Below are positions 30,418 through 39,301 of a DNA stretch of 64,000 nt, in pieces. The notes beneath the pieces were generated by a model, which saw nothing but the letters and a program-made list of their open reading frames with translations, did not search any database and was not told where the DNA came from. The translations under genes and the position numbers were made by a program. The first letter of the stretch is position 1. The number at the start of each line of letters is the position of its first letter. The DNA comes from an uncultured Gammaproteobacteria bacterium (GTDB taxonomy: Bacteria; Patescibacteriota; Patescibacteriia; UBA9934; GWF2-40-263), in assembly GCA_964538435.1 (NCBI GenBank), contig CAZIDX010000003.1:15948-79947 (forward strand), read 5' to 3'.

Positions 30418-30549
30418 ATGGACACAGATCATGCACAGCAAAAAGAAGAAGCGCGATCAAAACGCCGCAGCAAGAAAAAGAACCCAAAAATGGCCATGCA
30501 TGGCAAAGGCATGAAACGCTTTGCTTCTAAAGGAAAGAAGACCTCCTAA
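30418..30549 (+). CDS. Small basic protein (43 aa), not in the ORF track
   Basis: MDTDHAQQKEEARSKRRSKKKNPKMAMHGKGMKRFASKGKKTS*, fills the gap upstream of secG. Confidence 0.5.
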   Translation: MDTDHAQQKEEARSKRRSKKKNPKMAMHGKGMKRFASKGKKTS

Positions 30550-30592
30550 CCATTGACGTTTCTCGCTAAAAATGATACCCTCCGGACGTTAT

Positions 30593-30814
30593 ATGAACAT
30601 CGAACTTATCCTCAATATCGCCCAAATGATCCTTGCTGTACTACTTGTAGTATCAATTATGCTGCAATCACAGGGGGCAGGACTGGGCGCAGCCTTTGGT
30701 GGAGGTGGAAACACCTTTCGAACCAAACGCGGAGCTGAGAAAAAAATCTTCCAGCTCACAATTGTCTTTTCAATTCTTTTCTTTGGCATTGCTCTTGCGA
30801 ATGTCCTCATCTAG
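30593..30814 (+). CDS. secG: Preprotein translocase SecG
   Basis: IMLQSQGAGLGAAFGG...RTKRGAEK; promoter TTGACG-N17-TACCCT at 30553. Confidence 0.93.
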   Translation: MNIELILNIAQMILAVLLVVSIMLQSQGAGLGAAFGGGGNTFRTKRGAEKKIFQLTIVFSILFFGIALANVLI

Positions 30815-30820
30815 CACTCT

Positions 30821-32785
30821 GTGCCTGACATACGCACGTTTTTAAAATCGCTAAAGAAGAAACCGGTCAACAAGACAAAAGACCTGACCATGCGCCAGGT
30901 CCTTTCCGTCTCAAACAACCGGTTGTTTCCGTCGCTTCGACAATGGAAACAGCTTCCAAAAATCCTCACATCAAAAGAACGGTTCACTCTTAAGGGTGCA
31001 ACCCTGCTGATCCTTCTCTCTCTGATCTCAATGATCGGAGTATTTGCTCTTGAGCACCGAGTAGAAATTCCAGCTGTTGGAGGTGAATACACAGAAGGTC
31101 TCATTGGAGAACCGCAATTTATCAATCCGCTTTACGCATCAGCCAACAATGCTGACGAAGACCTCACAAAACTTGTATTCTCTGGCCTGCTCAAGTGGGA
31201 TGCAGAAAATGGTTTTGTAACAGATCTAGCATCGTCTTACACAACCAACGAGGACGGAACAATCTACACACTCAACATTCGAGACAACGCCCGATTCCAT
31301 GACGGCGAAGAAGTTCGAGCTCGGGACGTGCTTTTCACAATCAACGCCATACAAAACCCATCGTACCGATCCCCACTTGCAGCACAATTTGATGGTGTAT
31401 CAGTTGTCCAAGAAGATGATAAAACCATCTCCTTTATCTTGGACGAACCCTTCACACCATTTGAGCAGTATCTAACCGTGGGAATCATGCCAGCAAGCCA
31501 TTGGGCTGAAATCCTGCCTCAGAGCGTGCCACTCGCAGCACTGAACCTACAACCAATTGGATCAGGTCCTTACAAATTCAAAGAATTTTCAAAAGACAAA
31601 AACGGGAGCATTCACTCCTACACACTCGAGCGCAACTCAGACTACTATGCAGGCGCACCACTCCTTGAAACACTGAACTTTAAATTCTATTCAGACGCAC
31701 TGTCTGGGACGCAAGCACTCGAGGACAAACATGTTGAAGGCGTGAGCCTGGTTGACTACTCGCAAATTGAAAGCGTGCGCGAAAATAAAAATGTCCAGCT
31801 CATCCAGCCGCTCATGCCGCGTCTGGTCACGCTATATTTCAATGAACAAACAAATCTCATTCTCACAGACATCATTGTCCGAAGAGCAATCACACAAGGA
31901 ATTGACACCCAAACACTTAAGACCACGCTCTTTGGTGAAAATGGCGTTGTCGCAAGCGGACCGCTTGTTACCGGAATGATTGGATTCACCCAACGAGAAT
32001 CCCTATTCAACCAGAGTGCGGCAAACATGGCGCTGGATGAATCAGGCTACGATAAGCAATCCTACGGTGAAGCACGTCTTGTGAAAGCAGATCTTGCAGA
32101 CGAAATCCGCAAGCTCCAAGGTGAAGAAGAGACTGAGACAGCAGAAGAAGCAGAGGAAGAGGAAACGGATAACACAAACGCAGACGAAGAAACAATCGAT
32201 GAGGAAACCTCAGCTGATGAAGAGACGGTGGAAACCACCGAAGAAACACCAGCCCCTCAGGCAACAAATGACCCAACCCTTTCTTTTACACTCACAACCA
32301 CAGCAAGCGCAGAACTTGAAGCTGCAGCTAAGCTTATCAAAACTGACCTGGCAGAAATCGGCATAGAGATCGAAATCCTAACCGTCCCAGCAGAACTCTT
32401 CTACACAGAAGTTATTGAACCAAGAAACTTCGAGATCCTTCTCACTCCTGTCATGCTTGGAGCTGACTCAGATGTGTACTCATACTGGCACTCTTCCCAA
32501 ATTGACACCGGACTCAATCTTGCTGGATACGAAAACGAAGACGTGGACACGCTGCTTGATGAAGCTCGCACTGAAACCGACAAAGACGTCCGTGCAGAAA
32601 AGTATGCACAGTTCCAAGAACTTGTTACAGCAGACATGCCTGCCGTATTCCTCTATCAATCCCCATACAGCTACGCTGCTGCAGAGAAAATCAAAAACGT
32701 TGTAATCAACACCATCATCAACCCCGCAGATCGATTCAGAGCAATCAACATGTGGTACAGTAAAACAAAGAAGGGGCTCAAGTAA
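30821..32785 (+). CDS. Family-5 (peptide/nickel) ABC substrate-binding protein, TM-anchored, with acidic insert
   Basis: GGEYTEG, INPLY, FHDGEEVRARDVLFT, PIGSGPYKF, YSYWHSSQ. Confidence 0.9.
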   Translation: MPDIRTFLKSLKKKPVNKTKDLTMRQVLSVSNNRLFPSLRQWKQLPKILTSKERFTLKGATLLILLSLISMIGVFALEHRVEIPAVGGEYTEGLIGEPQFINPLYASANNADEDLTKLVFSGLLKWDAENGFVTDLASSYTTNEDGTIYTLNIRDNARFHDGEEVRARDVLFTINAIQNPSYRSPLAAQFDGVSVVQEDDKTISFILDEPFTPFEQYLTVGIMPASHWAEILPQSVPLAALNLQPIGSGPYKFKEFSKDKNGSIHSYTLERNSDYYAGAPLLETLNFKFYSDALSGTQALEDKHVEGVSLVDYSQIESVRENKNVQLIQPLMPRLVTLYFNEQTNLILTDIIVRRAITQGIDTQTLKTTLFGENGVVASGPLVTGMIGFTQRESLFNQSAANMALDESGYDKQSYGEARLVKADLADEIRKLQGEEETETAEEAEEEETDNTNADEETIDEETSADEETVETTEETPAPQATNDPTLSFTLTTTASAELEAAAKLIKTDLAEIGIEIEILTVPAELFYTEVIEPRNFEILLTPVMLGADSDVYSYWHSSQIDTGLNLAGYENEDVDTLLDEARTETDKDVRAEKYAQFQELVTADMPAVFLYQSPYSYAAAEKIKNVVINTIINPADRFRAINMWYSKTKKGLK

Positions 32786-32922
32786 CATGATTTTTTCCGT
32801 CCCGCTAAACCTTAGCGGGGTCAAAAAGATCACGTCGAGAGAGAAGAGAGTAACGCACATTCACAACTGAAGACATAACCCAAAACTTATCAAACCCGAT
32901 GTAAATCGGGGTATTCAAATTT

Positions 32923-34755
32923 ATGGTTACAAAAAAACCCACACGACGCAAAGCGTCTGGCGGGTCTGGGAAAAAGCCAAGCAAGGCAAAAAAACAAACG
33001 TCCAAATACAAAGGACGCGTTTTTCGTGCAAAAAAGAAACCTTCAAAAGGTAAAAAGGCTGTCCAGACTCGAACAAAGACGATTCGCGCACCAGGAGGAG
33101 AAAAACTCCGTATTATTATGCTTGGAGGATGCGAAGAAGTTGGTCGAAACTGCACGCTACTTGAATACAAAAACGACATCATCTTCATCGACATGGGACT
33201 CGAGTTCCCAGAAGAAAGCATGCCAGGAGTGGACTACATCATTCCAAACATGAAGTACCTCAAGGGAAAGGAAAAGAACATTCGAGGAGTTGTCATCACT
33301 CACGGTCACTACGACCACATCGGTGCCATCCCTCACACCATTCCAGAAATCGGCAACCCGCCGGTCTACACCCTCCCTCTCACAGCAGCGATCGTAAAAC
33401 GTCGCCAAGAGGACTTCCACACCAAAAAGCTCGACATCAAAGTCACACAACTCAATGATGTCCTAAAGCTCGGTGCCTTCACGGTTTCGTTCTTCCACCT
33501 CAACCACAACATCCCTGACTCTGTTGGAACAGTTGTTGAGACACCTGTTGGAACCATCATTCACACAGGTGACTGGAAGTTCGACTTCCACCCTGCTGGA
33601 GAAGAGCACCCAGACTTCCAACGCATGGCAGAACTCGGGAAAAAAGGCGTCCTTGCACTTATGGGAGACTCAACAAACTCCAATAAGGAAGGACACCAAA
33701 TCTCTGAAAAAGTCATTGCAGAGGAAATTACAGGCATCATCGACAATGCTGAAGGTCGCGTCATCATCGGAACATTCGCTTCCCTGATCGCACGCGTGAA
33801 ACAAATCATTGAAATCTCAGAATCACTTGGAAAGAAAGTAGCAATCGACGGCTACTCCATGCGCACCAACGTAGAGATCGCAAAAGAAATTGGCTTTATC
33901 AAATGCAACAAGTCCACCTTGATCAAGCCAGAGCAAATGGATAGCTACGACGATAAAAAAGTTGTCCTCATCTGCACCGGAGCACAAGGTGAAGCACGAG
34001 CCGCACTCAACCGCATTGCAAACGGCGAACACAAAAGCGTTTCCATCCGACCGACTGACACCGTGATCTTTTCTTCATCAGTCATCCCAGGAAACGAAGC
34101 CGCTGTGCAACGCCTCATGGACACCGTGTACCGCAAGCGAGCAAAAGTCATCCACTACCAAGTCATGGACGTTCATGCTGGAGGACATGCAAAGAAAGAA
34201 GACATCAAGCTCATGCTTGCGCTTATCAAACCAAAGTACTACATCCCAATCGAAGGAAACCACTTCCTGCTCCGCGAAAACGCAGGCGTGGCTTACTCAA
34301 TGGGATGGGATGAAGACCATGTGTTCATTCCAGACAACGGACAGGTGATGGAGTTCTGGAAAGGTGGTGCACGCAAGACACAAGAAAAAGTACCAACTGA
34401 TTACGTCTTCGTAGACGGACTCGGTGTAGGAGACGTCTCTCAAGTCGTGCTCCGCGACCGAAAACTCTTGGCTGAAGAAGGAATGGTTGTCGTGATCGTT
34501 CAAGTTGAAAAGAGAACCGGTAAGCTCATCGGAAGCCCAGATATCATCTCTCGAGGATTCATCTACATGAAGGAGCACCAAGAGCTCATCAAGCAGACCC
34601 GAGACCGCGTAAAGAAACTCGTGGTCGACAAGGATCCAAAATCTGCCGCAGACACAAAATACATCCGCGACCAGATCCGAGACAAAATTGGAACGTTCCT
34701 CTTCAAAAAGACCGAACGCCGCCCAATGGTCCTTCCAGTGATCATCGAGGTATAA
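32923..34755 (+). CDS. rnj: Ribonuclease J
   Basis: LGGCEEVGRN, THGHYDHIG, HNIPD, HTGDWKFD, CTGAQGE, RRPMVLPVIIEV. Confidence 0.96.
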   Translation: MVTKKPTRRKASGGSGKKPSKAKKQTSKYKGRVFRAKKKPSKGKKAVQTRTKTIRAPGGEKLRIIMLGGCEEVGRNCTLLEYKNDIIFIDMGLEFPEESMPGVDYIIPNMKYLKGKEKNIRGVVITHGHYDHIGAIPHTIPEIGNPPVYTLPLTAAIVKRRQEDFHTKKLDIKVTQLNDVLKLGAFTVSFFHLNHNIPDSVGTVVETPVGTIIHTGDWKFDFHPAGEEHPDFQRMAELGKKGVLALMGDSTNSNKEGHQISEKVIAEEITGIIDNAEGRVIIGTFASLIARVKQIIEISESLGKKVAIDGYSMRTNVEIAKEIGFIKCNKSTLIKPEQMDSYDDKKVVLICTGAQGEARAALNRIANGEHKSVSIRPTDTVIFSSSVIPGNEAAVQRLMDTVYRKRAKVIHYQVMDVHAGGHAKKEDIKLMLALIKPKYYIPIEGNHFLLRENAGVAYSMGWDEDHVFIPDNGQVMEFWKGGARKTQEKVPTDYVFVDGLGVGDVSQVVLRDRKLLAEEGMVVVIVQVEKRTGKLIGSPDIISRGFIYMKEHQELIKQTRDRVKKLVVDKDPKSAADTKYIRDQIRDKIGTFLFKKTERRPMVLPVIIEV

Positions 34756-34800
34756 ACATGTGAATTCACTTCGTACCTACGAAATAAATTCACCAAAACA

Positions 34801-34835
34801 TACAAAAACACCCCATTTCCCGGGGTGTTTTTGTA
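34801..34835. terminator. Terminator after rnj
   Basis: TACAAAAACACCCC-ATTTCCC-GGGGTGTTTTTGTA. Confidence 0.8.
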
Positions 34836-34856
34836 TTATACACCCCCACCCCACCC

Positions 34857-34972
34857 TGTCATCCTGGAGGAGTCTTTGTTGACTGAAGGATCCCACACAA
34901 AGCAAGAAATTCTGCAATGAGCAGCTTCAAGCTGTTTCCTGGAGGGGATCCTTCGCTTCGCTCAGGATGACA
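34857..34972. repeat. REP-like palindromic element
   Basis: TGTCATCCTG...GAAGGATCCC [variable] GGGATCCTTCGCTTCGCTCAGGATGACA terminal inverted repeats. Confidence 0.75.
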
Positions 34973-35030
34973 ATTTTTGTGAGGGTTGTGTTTTTGCCAC
35001 TTTCCCCCACTTTCTTTATACTACCCCCAT

Positions 35031-36014
35031 ATGCAACGAGTACTCACAGCCCTGCAACCATCGGGCGTTCTCCATATTGGAAACTATTTTGGCGCTATTG
35101 AGCCAATGGTATCGCTTCAGGACACAAGCGAGAACTTTTTGTTTGCCGTGGACTACCACGCAATCACGGTCCCACAAGACCCAGAAGAGCTTCGCAAAAA
35201 CCTCCTGTTCGCCACAGCAACCTACCTAGCCGCTGGCATTGACCCAGAAAAGACCGTGCTCTTCCAGCAATCACTGGTCCCACAGCACACCGAGCTTGGC
35301 TGGGTGCTCAACTGCCTCACGTACATGGGCGAACTTGAGCGCATGACACAGTTCAAAGACAAAGCGCGCGGCAAAGGCGAATCTGTCTCTGTTGGACTCT
35401 TTGATTACCCTGTGCTCATGGCAGCCGACATCCTTCTCTACGACACAGAAGTTGTCCCAGTTGGACACGATCAAAAGCAGCACCTTGAGCTCGCACGAGA
35501 CCTAGCACAGCGCTTTAACAAACGCTTCGGAGAGACATTTGTTGTACCAAAACCAGAGATCCGAAAAACAGGCGCGCGCATCATGGCGCTCGACAACCCA
35601 GACAACAAAATGTCCAAGTCAGCTGAGAGCGCAAAGAGCTACATCTCTCTGATGGATGACGAAGCAACTGTGCTCAAGAAGATTAAGTCCGCTGTCACTG
35701 ACTCAGAAGGCACAATCAAATTCAATCCCGAGCGTCTCGGAGTCGCAAATCTCATGAGCATCTACTCCCTTGTCACAGACAAGACGCTCGAAGAGATCGA
35801 GACCATGTACGAAGGTAAAGGCTACGGCGACTTCAAAACAGACCTGGCAGCTAACATCACTGCATACCTGACCCCGCTCCAAGAAAAAGTAAACGCACTC
35901 ATGGCTGAACCTGAAAAACTCACAACCATTCTCGAGCAAGGCGCAGCAAAAGCCTGCGAGCTTGCAGAAGCAAAAATGAAAGATGTGAGAAAGAAAATCG
36001 GAGTTGCTCTTTAG
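35031..36014 (+). CDS. trpS: Tryptophan--tRNA ligase
   Basis: QPSGVLHIGNY (HIGH), YPVLMAADILL, VPVGHDQKQH, KMSKS. Confidence 0.97.
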   Translation: MQRVLTALQPSGVLHIGNYFGAIEPMVSLQDTSENFLFAVDYHAITVPQDPEELRKNLLFATATYLAAGIDPEKTVLFQQSLVPQHTELGWVLNCLTYMGELERMTQFKDKARGKGESVSVGLFDYPVLMAADILLYDTEVVPVGHDQKQHLELARDLAQRFNKRFGETFVVPKPEIRKTGARIMALDNPDNKMSKSAESAKSYISLMDDEATVLKKIKSAVTDSEGTIKFNPERLGVANLMSIYSLVTDKTLEEIETMYEGKGYGDFKTDLAANITAYLTPLQEKVNALMAEPEKLTTILEQGAAKACELAEAKMKDVRKKIGVAL

Positions 36015-36054
36015 TCAAAAAGACCAAAAACCCGCCAGAAGGTGGGTTTTTAGG

Positions 36055-36083
36055 TTGACAAAAGTGCCAAAACGTGCTATGGT
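36055..36083 (+). promoter_or_regulatory. sigma70 promoter directly after the trpS terminator (36026..36051)
   Basis: TTGACA-N17-TATGGT. Confidence 0.75.
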
Positions 36084-36150
36084 AGTTAACCAAAACTGAA
36101 CAACCCTGAAACGAACAACTCTCTGCACAACATGCAGATGAAAGGACGCT

Positions 36151-36498
36151 GTGAGAACTCTCAAAGCCCTCGGAATCGGATCCTTCATCCTGATGATCGC
36201 CGCCATCTTCGTCATGGTCGCTGGCCAGCGGTACGGCATGTACCGCGTCGGTGCCTCGAGCCTGATCGACAACCCCCACCACCTCCAGACCACGGGAGGC
36301 TGGTACTCGATCTCCGGTGACAGCCCCCGCGTCACCAAGGTGCTCGGCTGCTACTACGTCAGCACCATCGACACCCGCCCTCACTCCCGCAACAGCCGCC
36401 GCGCCTGGGAGGCCCGAGGCTGGATGATCGACGACGACCTCAAGGTCATCCTCGACAACCAGATCGCGGAGCAGAAGATGGCCGACAACAACCCCTAG
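36151..36498 (+). CDS. Hypothetical exported protein (GC-rich unit)
   Basis: SD AAAGGA, N-terminal hydrophobic helix, C/G-ending codons. Confidence 0.7.
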   Translation: MRTLKALGIGSFILMIAAIFVMVAGQRYGMYRVGASSLIDNPHHLQTTGGWYSISGDSPRVTKVLGCYYVSTIDTRPHSRNSRRAWEARGWMIDDDLKVILDNQIAEQKMADNNP

Positions 36499-36650
36499 CC
36501 CCCAACGGACCCCGTCCGCGAACGAGCCCTGCTGCTCGCGCGGCGGGGTTATTTCGTTTAGCAACCCCCATGGAGATGGCGACCTGAAGGCCTCGACGGC
36601 CTGACAGGTCGCAGCCCCCACCACCCCTCCCAAAGGCCCAGGACGTCAAA

Positions 36651-36754
36651 CGGCCGTTCGAGGTATTGTGAGAAAAATCACGAGGTGGTGGTCGTCTATC
36701 CTGCGAGACGGCCCGGCTCCGCCTCGTTATTTTTCTCACAATACCTCGTGGCCG
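36651..36754 (+). repeat. Hairpin element copy A (core AGGTGGTGGT...GCCCGGCTCCGCC)
   Basis: Arms CGAGGTATTGTGAGAAAAAT / ATTTTTCTCACAATACCTCG. Confidence 0.9.
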
Positions 36755-36894
36755 CCCCAAGCCCCCGCAGAAAGATCCGAGCGAAAACGCAACCAGACAA
36801 AGGCGAAGGAATGACGAAAGAAGGAAGGAAAGAAAAAAGGAAGGCAAAAAGAATTAGAAAAGCACCACGCCTGTGCGCAGTGCCCCGTATCCCT

Positions 36895-39060
36895 TTACCG
36901 GGAGAAAACGAGTTTGAACTCGAAGTGTTCGTTTGTCGCGTCCTCAACGCATGCCTGCTGAATCATCAGGAAGCTTTCCTCCAGATCAGTCTGCCCAACA
37001 TGCCTAACAGCTCGCTGATAAGCCTGGTTGCAGGCATCGACGTCCACCCTCCGGATCGTATCCACCTTGACCGTGACGTCCTTCGTGGACCAAACCTCCT
37101 CAGGCGCAACTGGAGCCATGTTGAAGCTCCCAAGGTACCCATTCGTGCGACCGCAACTCTCGTCCGCGCACATCTGAAAACCGATCGCTGTCTGCTTGGG
37201 ATCATCCTCAACGAGCTCGATGGAAGGAGCACCCGCAGGCGATCCTGTCAGGCGATAGTCAGCAATGTGACCGTTGCTCACGATCCCATCTATGGGACGA
37301 CCCGTCCAGACGAACACACCAGGACGAGGAACATCGTTGATGATCAGTGCCGCGCGAACCGGAGAGCGGCGCTCATCCAGCTGGAGCAATGCTCGCAGTG
37401 TAACCTCTTGATCATGCCTGTTGACGGTCTTGTACTTGATCAGAAGCTCATCGCCCGCGAGTGTGATCCGCTCGTAGTCACTCAACTCGAGCACAACAAC
37501 CTCTTCCCGCGCGCTCTTGAGCGTAATTCGACCAGTTTCCCAGTCGATCTTGGCTATACTCGCCTCGTGATCATACGCCCAGGTGTCCACGCGCCTGTCA
37601 AAGATGTCGCTGGTGTAAACCTGATAGGTCACACCGCGAAACCCCTCATGCTCGACATCTTCGACCGCAGCCAAGTCATCCTTGGCATCGATCTTACCAT
37701 CGCAGTCGTTGTCCACGCCATCGACCCACTCCGGAGCCTGAGGATGCACAAAGGGGTTGTGATCATCGCAGTCACCATCAGCCCTACGAGCCCCGTCCTT
37801 GTCCAGGTCCTGATAGAGTGTGCCCTCATCCACGATTCCGTCGCAGTCGTTGTCGATTTCGTCGCCTCGGACTCCGCCTTCGGTGCTCACTCCCTCGCGC
37901 GCACCAGGATGGACGTGATCGTTTGTGTCGTCACAGTCGCCAGGAAGGAGGTCAGGTGTCCGGCACTTCTCTTCGTGCTCGCAGTAGCCGTCACCATCGT
38001 CGTCAGTTTCGACTCCGTTGTTGTCTGCAATCCCATCGCAGTCGTTATCCACGGTGAGGCGTTTGAAGAAATGAGCATTTTCGAAGGCAGTGATGAATTC
38101 TGACAGCGTAACATCCCCGACGGTGTAGTCGATGCCTTTTTCGATTTCAACTCGTATGACAACCACGTCTTCCTTGATACTCTCGGATTCGCACACTCCT
38201 TCTTCGTTGCAGAAGATGGGGTGGTGAATCTCGTTTGCACCCGGGTGCACGAACTTGTCTTCGTCATTGCAGTCGCCAGGCTTTGCATCTTCGTCCGTGC
38301 ACCGGTCCACAGCTGCGCAGTATCCATCGCCGTCGTTGTCGTGATGGATGGTGCCTTCGTCCGTGTATCGGTCACAGTCATTGTTGATGCCGTCGCCGTG
38401 CATGCCGTCCTTGTAGACCTCGCCTTCGGGCGCGTCAGGGTAGATGCCAGGGTTGGTGTCATCGCAATCGCCAGGCTTGATCTTCTCGCTCGAGCATCGA
38501 CGTTCGCAGTAGCCATCGCCATCATCATCAGACCGCTCTGTGTCTTCGTCGACTTTGCCATCGCAGTCGTTGTCGACACCAATTCCCATGTCCTTGTAAT
38601 CACGACGGAAGACCTCAGGAGCACCTGGGTAGACGTCCTTGTCCTCGTCATTGCAGTCGTTGGGCTCGGCATCATCGCGACACTGGACTTCGTACTCACA
38701 AAAGCCGTCACCGTCGTTGTCCACGTCGATGGCGCCTTCGTCAGTCACTCCGTCGCAGTCGTTGTCGACACCATCACCAAAGAATGGCGTGTGCTCGGTG
38801 GGTTCCTCGAGGGCGTTGGGGTGAACGAACTTGTCTTCGTCGTTGCAATCCCCGATCTTGAGATCCTCAGACTCACACGACTCCTCGTGTGAGCAGAACC
38901 CATCGCCGTCGCGGTCTACCTTGAGCAGAGCGATTTCTTCTGCGCTGCGGTCGTTGTCGACTCCTTTGGGGAAAAAAGTGCTTACAACCAATGCAAGCAG
39001 AGCACCGACCCCAATGATCGCAGCAATTCTGATTAGCCATTCTTGTGCAGATGGACTCAT
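36895..39060 (-). CDS. Membrane-anchored protein with about 7 MopE-like putative metal-binding repeats
   Basis: Repeats DxDGDG(F/Y)C...DCND...HPGAxE...DGxDNDCDGxxDE; SD AAGGAG; promoter TTGACA-N17-CAAAGT at 39107..39135. Confidence 0.85.
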   Translation of the reverse strand: MSPSAQEWLIRIAAIIGVGALLALVVSTFFPKGVDNDRSAEEIALLKVDRDGDGFCSHEESCESEDLKIGDCNDEDKFVHPNALEEPTEHTPFFGDGVDNDCDGVTDEGAIDVDNDGDGFCEYEVQCRDDAEPNDCNDEDKDVYPGAPEVFRRDYKDMGIGVDNDCDGKVDEDTERSDDDGDGYCERRCSSEKIKPGDCDDTNPGIYPDAPEGEVYKDGMHGDGINNDCDRYTDEGTIHHDNDGDGYCAAVDRCTDEDAKPGDCNDEDKFVHPGANEIHHPIFCNEEGVCESESIKEDVVVIRVEIEKGIDYTVGDVTLSEFITAFENAHFFKRLTVDNDCDGIADNNGVETDDDGDGYCEHEEKCRTPDLLPGDCDDTNDHVHPGAREGVSTEGGVRGDEIDNDCDGIVDEGTLYQDLDKDGARRADGDCDDHNPFVHPQAPEWVDGVDNDCDGKIDAKDDLAAVEDVEHEGFRGVTYQVYTSDIFDRRVDTWAYDHEASIAKIDWETGRITLKSAREEVVVLELSDYERITLAGDELLIKYKTVNRHDQEVTLRALLQLDERRSPVRAALIINDVPRPGVFVWTGRPIDGIVSNGHIADYRLTGSPAGAPSIELVEDDPKQTAIGFQMCADESCGRTNGYLGSFNMAPVAPEEVWSTKDVTVKVDTIRRVDVDACNQAYQRAVRHVGQTDLEESFLMIQQACVEDATNEHFEFKLVFSR

Positions 39061-39174
39061 GTGAAAGAGCTCCTTGCTTTGGAGTTGAAGATTCGCAAGA
39101 CAAACGACTTTGTCACAAAATCCCCATTATGTCAATAGAAAACAAAGCTGTGACAACACCCTTCAACCAAACAA

Positions 39175-39288
39175 GAGCGAAGCTATGGTGCGATAAAGAA
39201 TTTTCGAGGTGGTGGTCATCTAGACAGCGCGATGGCCCGGCTCCGCCGAGAAAACTCTTTATTGCACCATGGCGAGCGTATTAGAAAA
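39175..39288 (+). repeat. Hairpin element copy B
   Basis: GAGCGAAGCTATGGTGCGATAAAGAATTTTC-core-GAAAACTCTTTATTGCACCATGGCGAGCGTATTAGAAAA. Confidence 0.9.
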
Positions 39289-39301
39289 CACCCGCAGTTG
39301 C

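Noticed and set aside
36685-38892. 472-aa and 223-aa plus-strand ORFs
   Set aside because: They are antisense to the MopE-repeat gene, and the first begins inside a repeat element.
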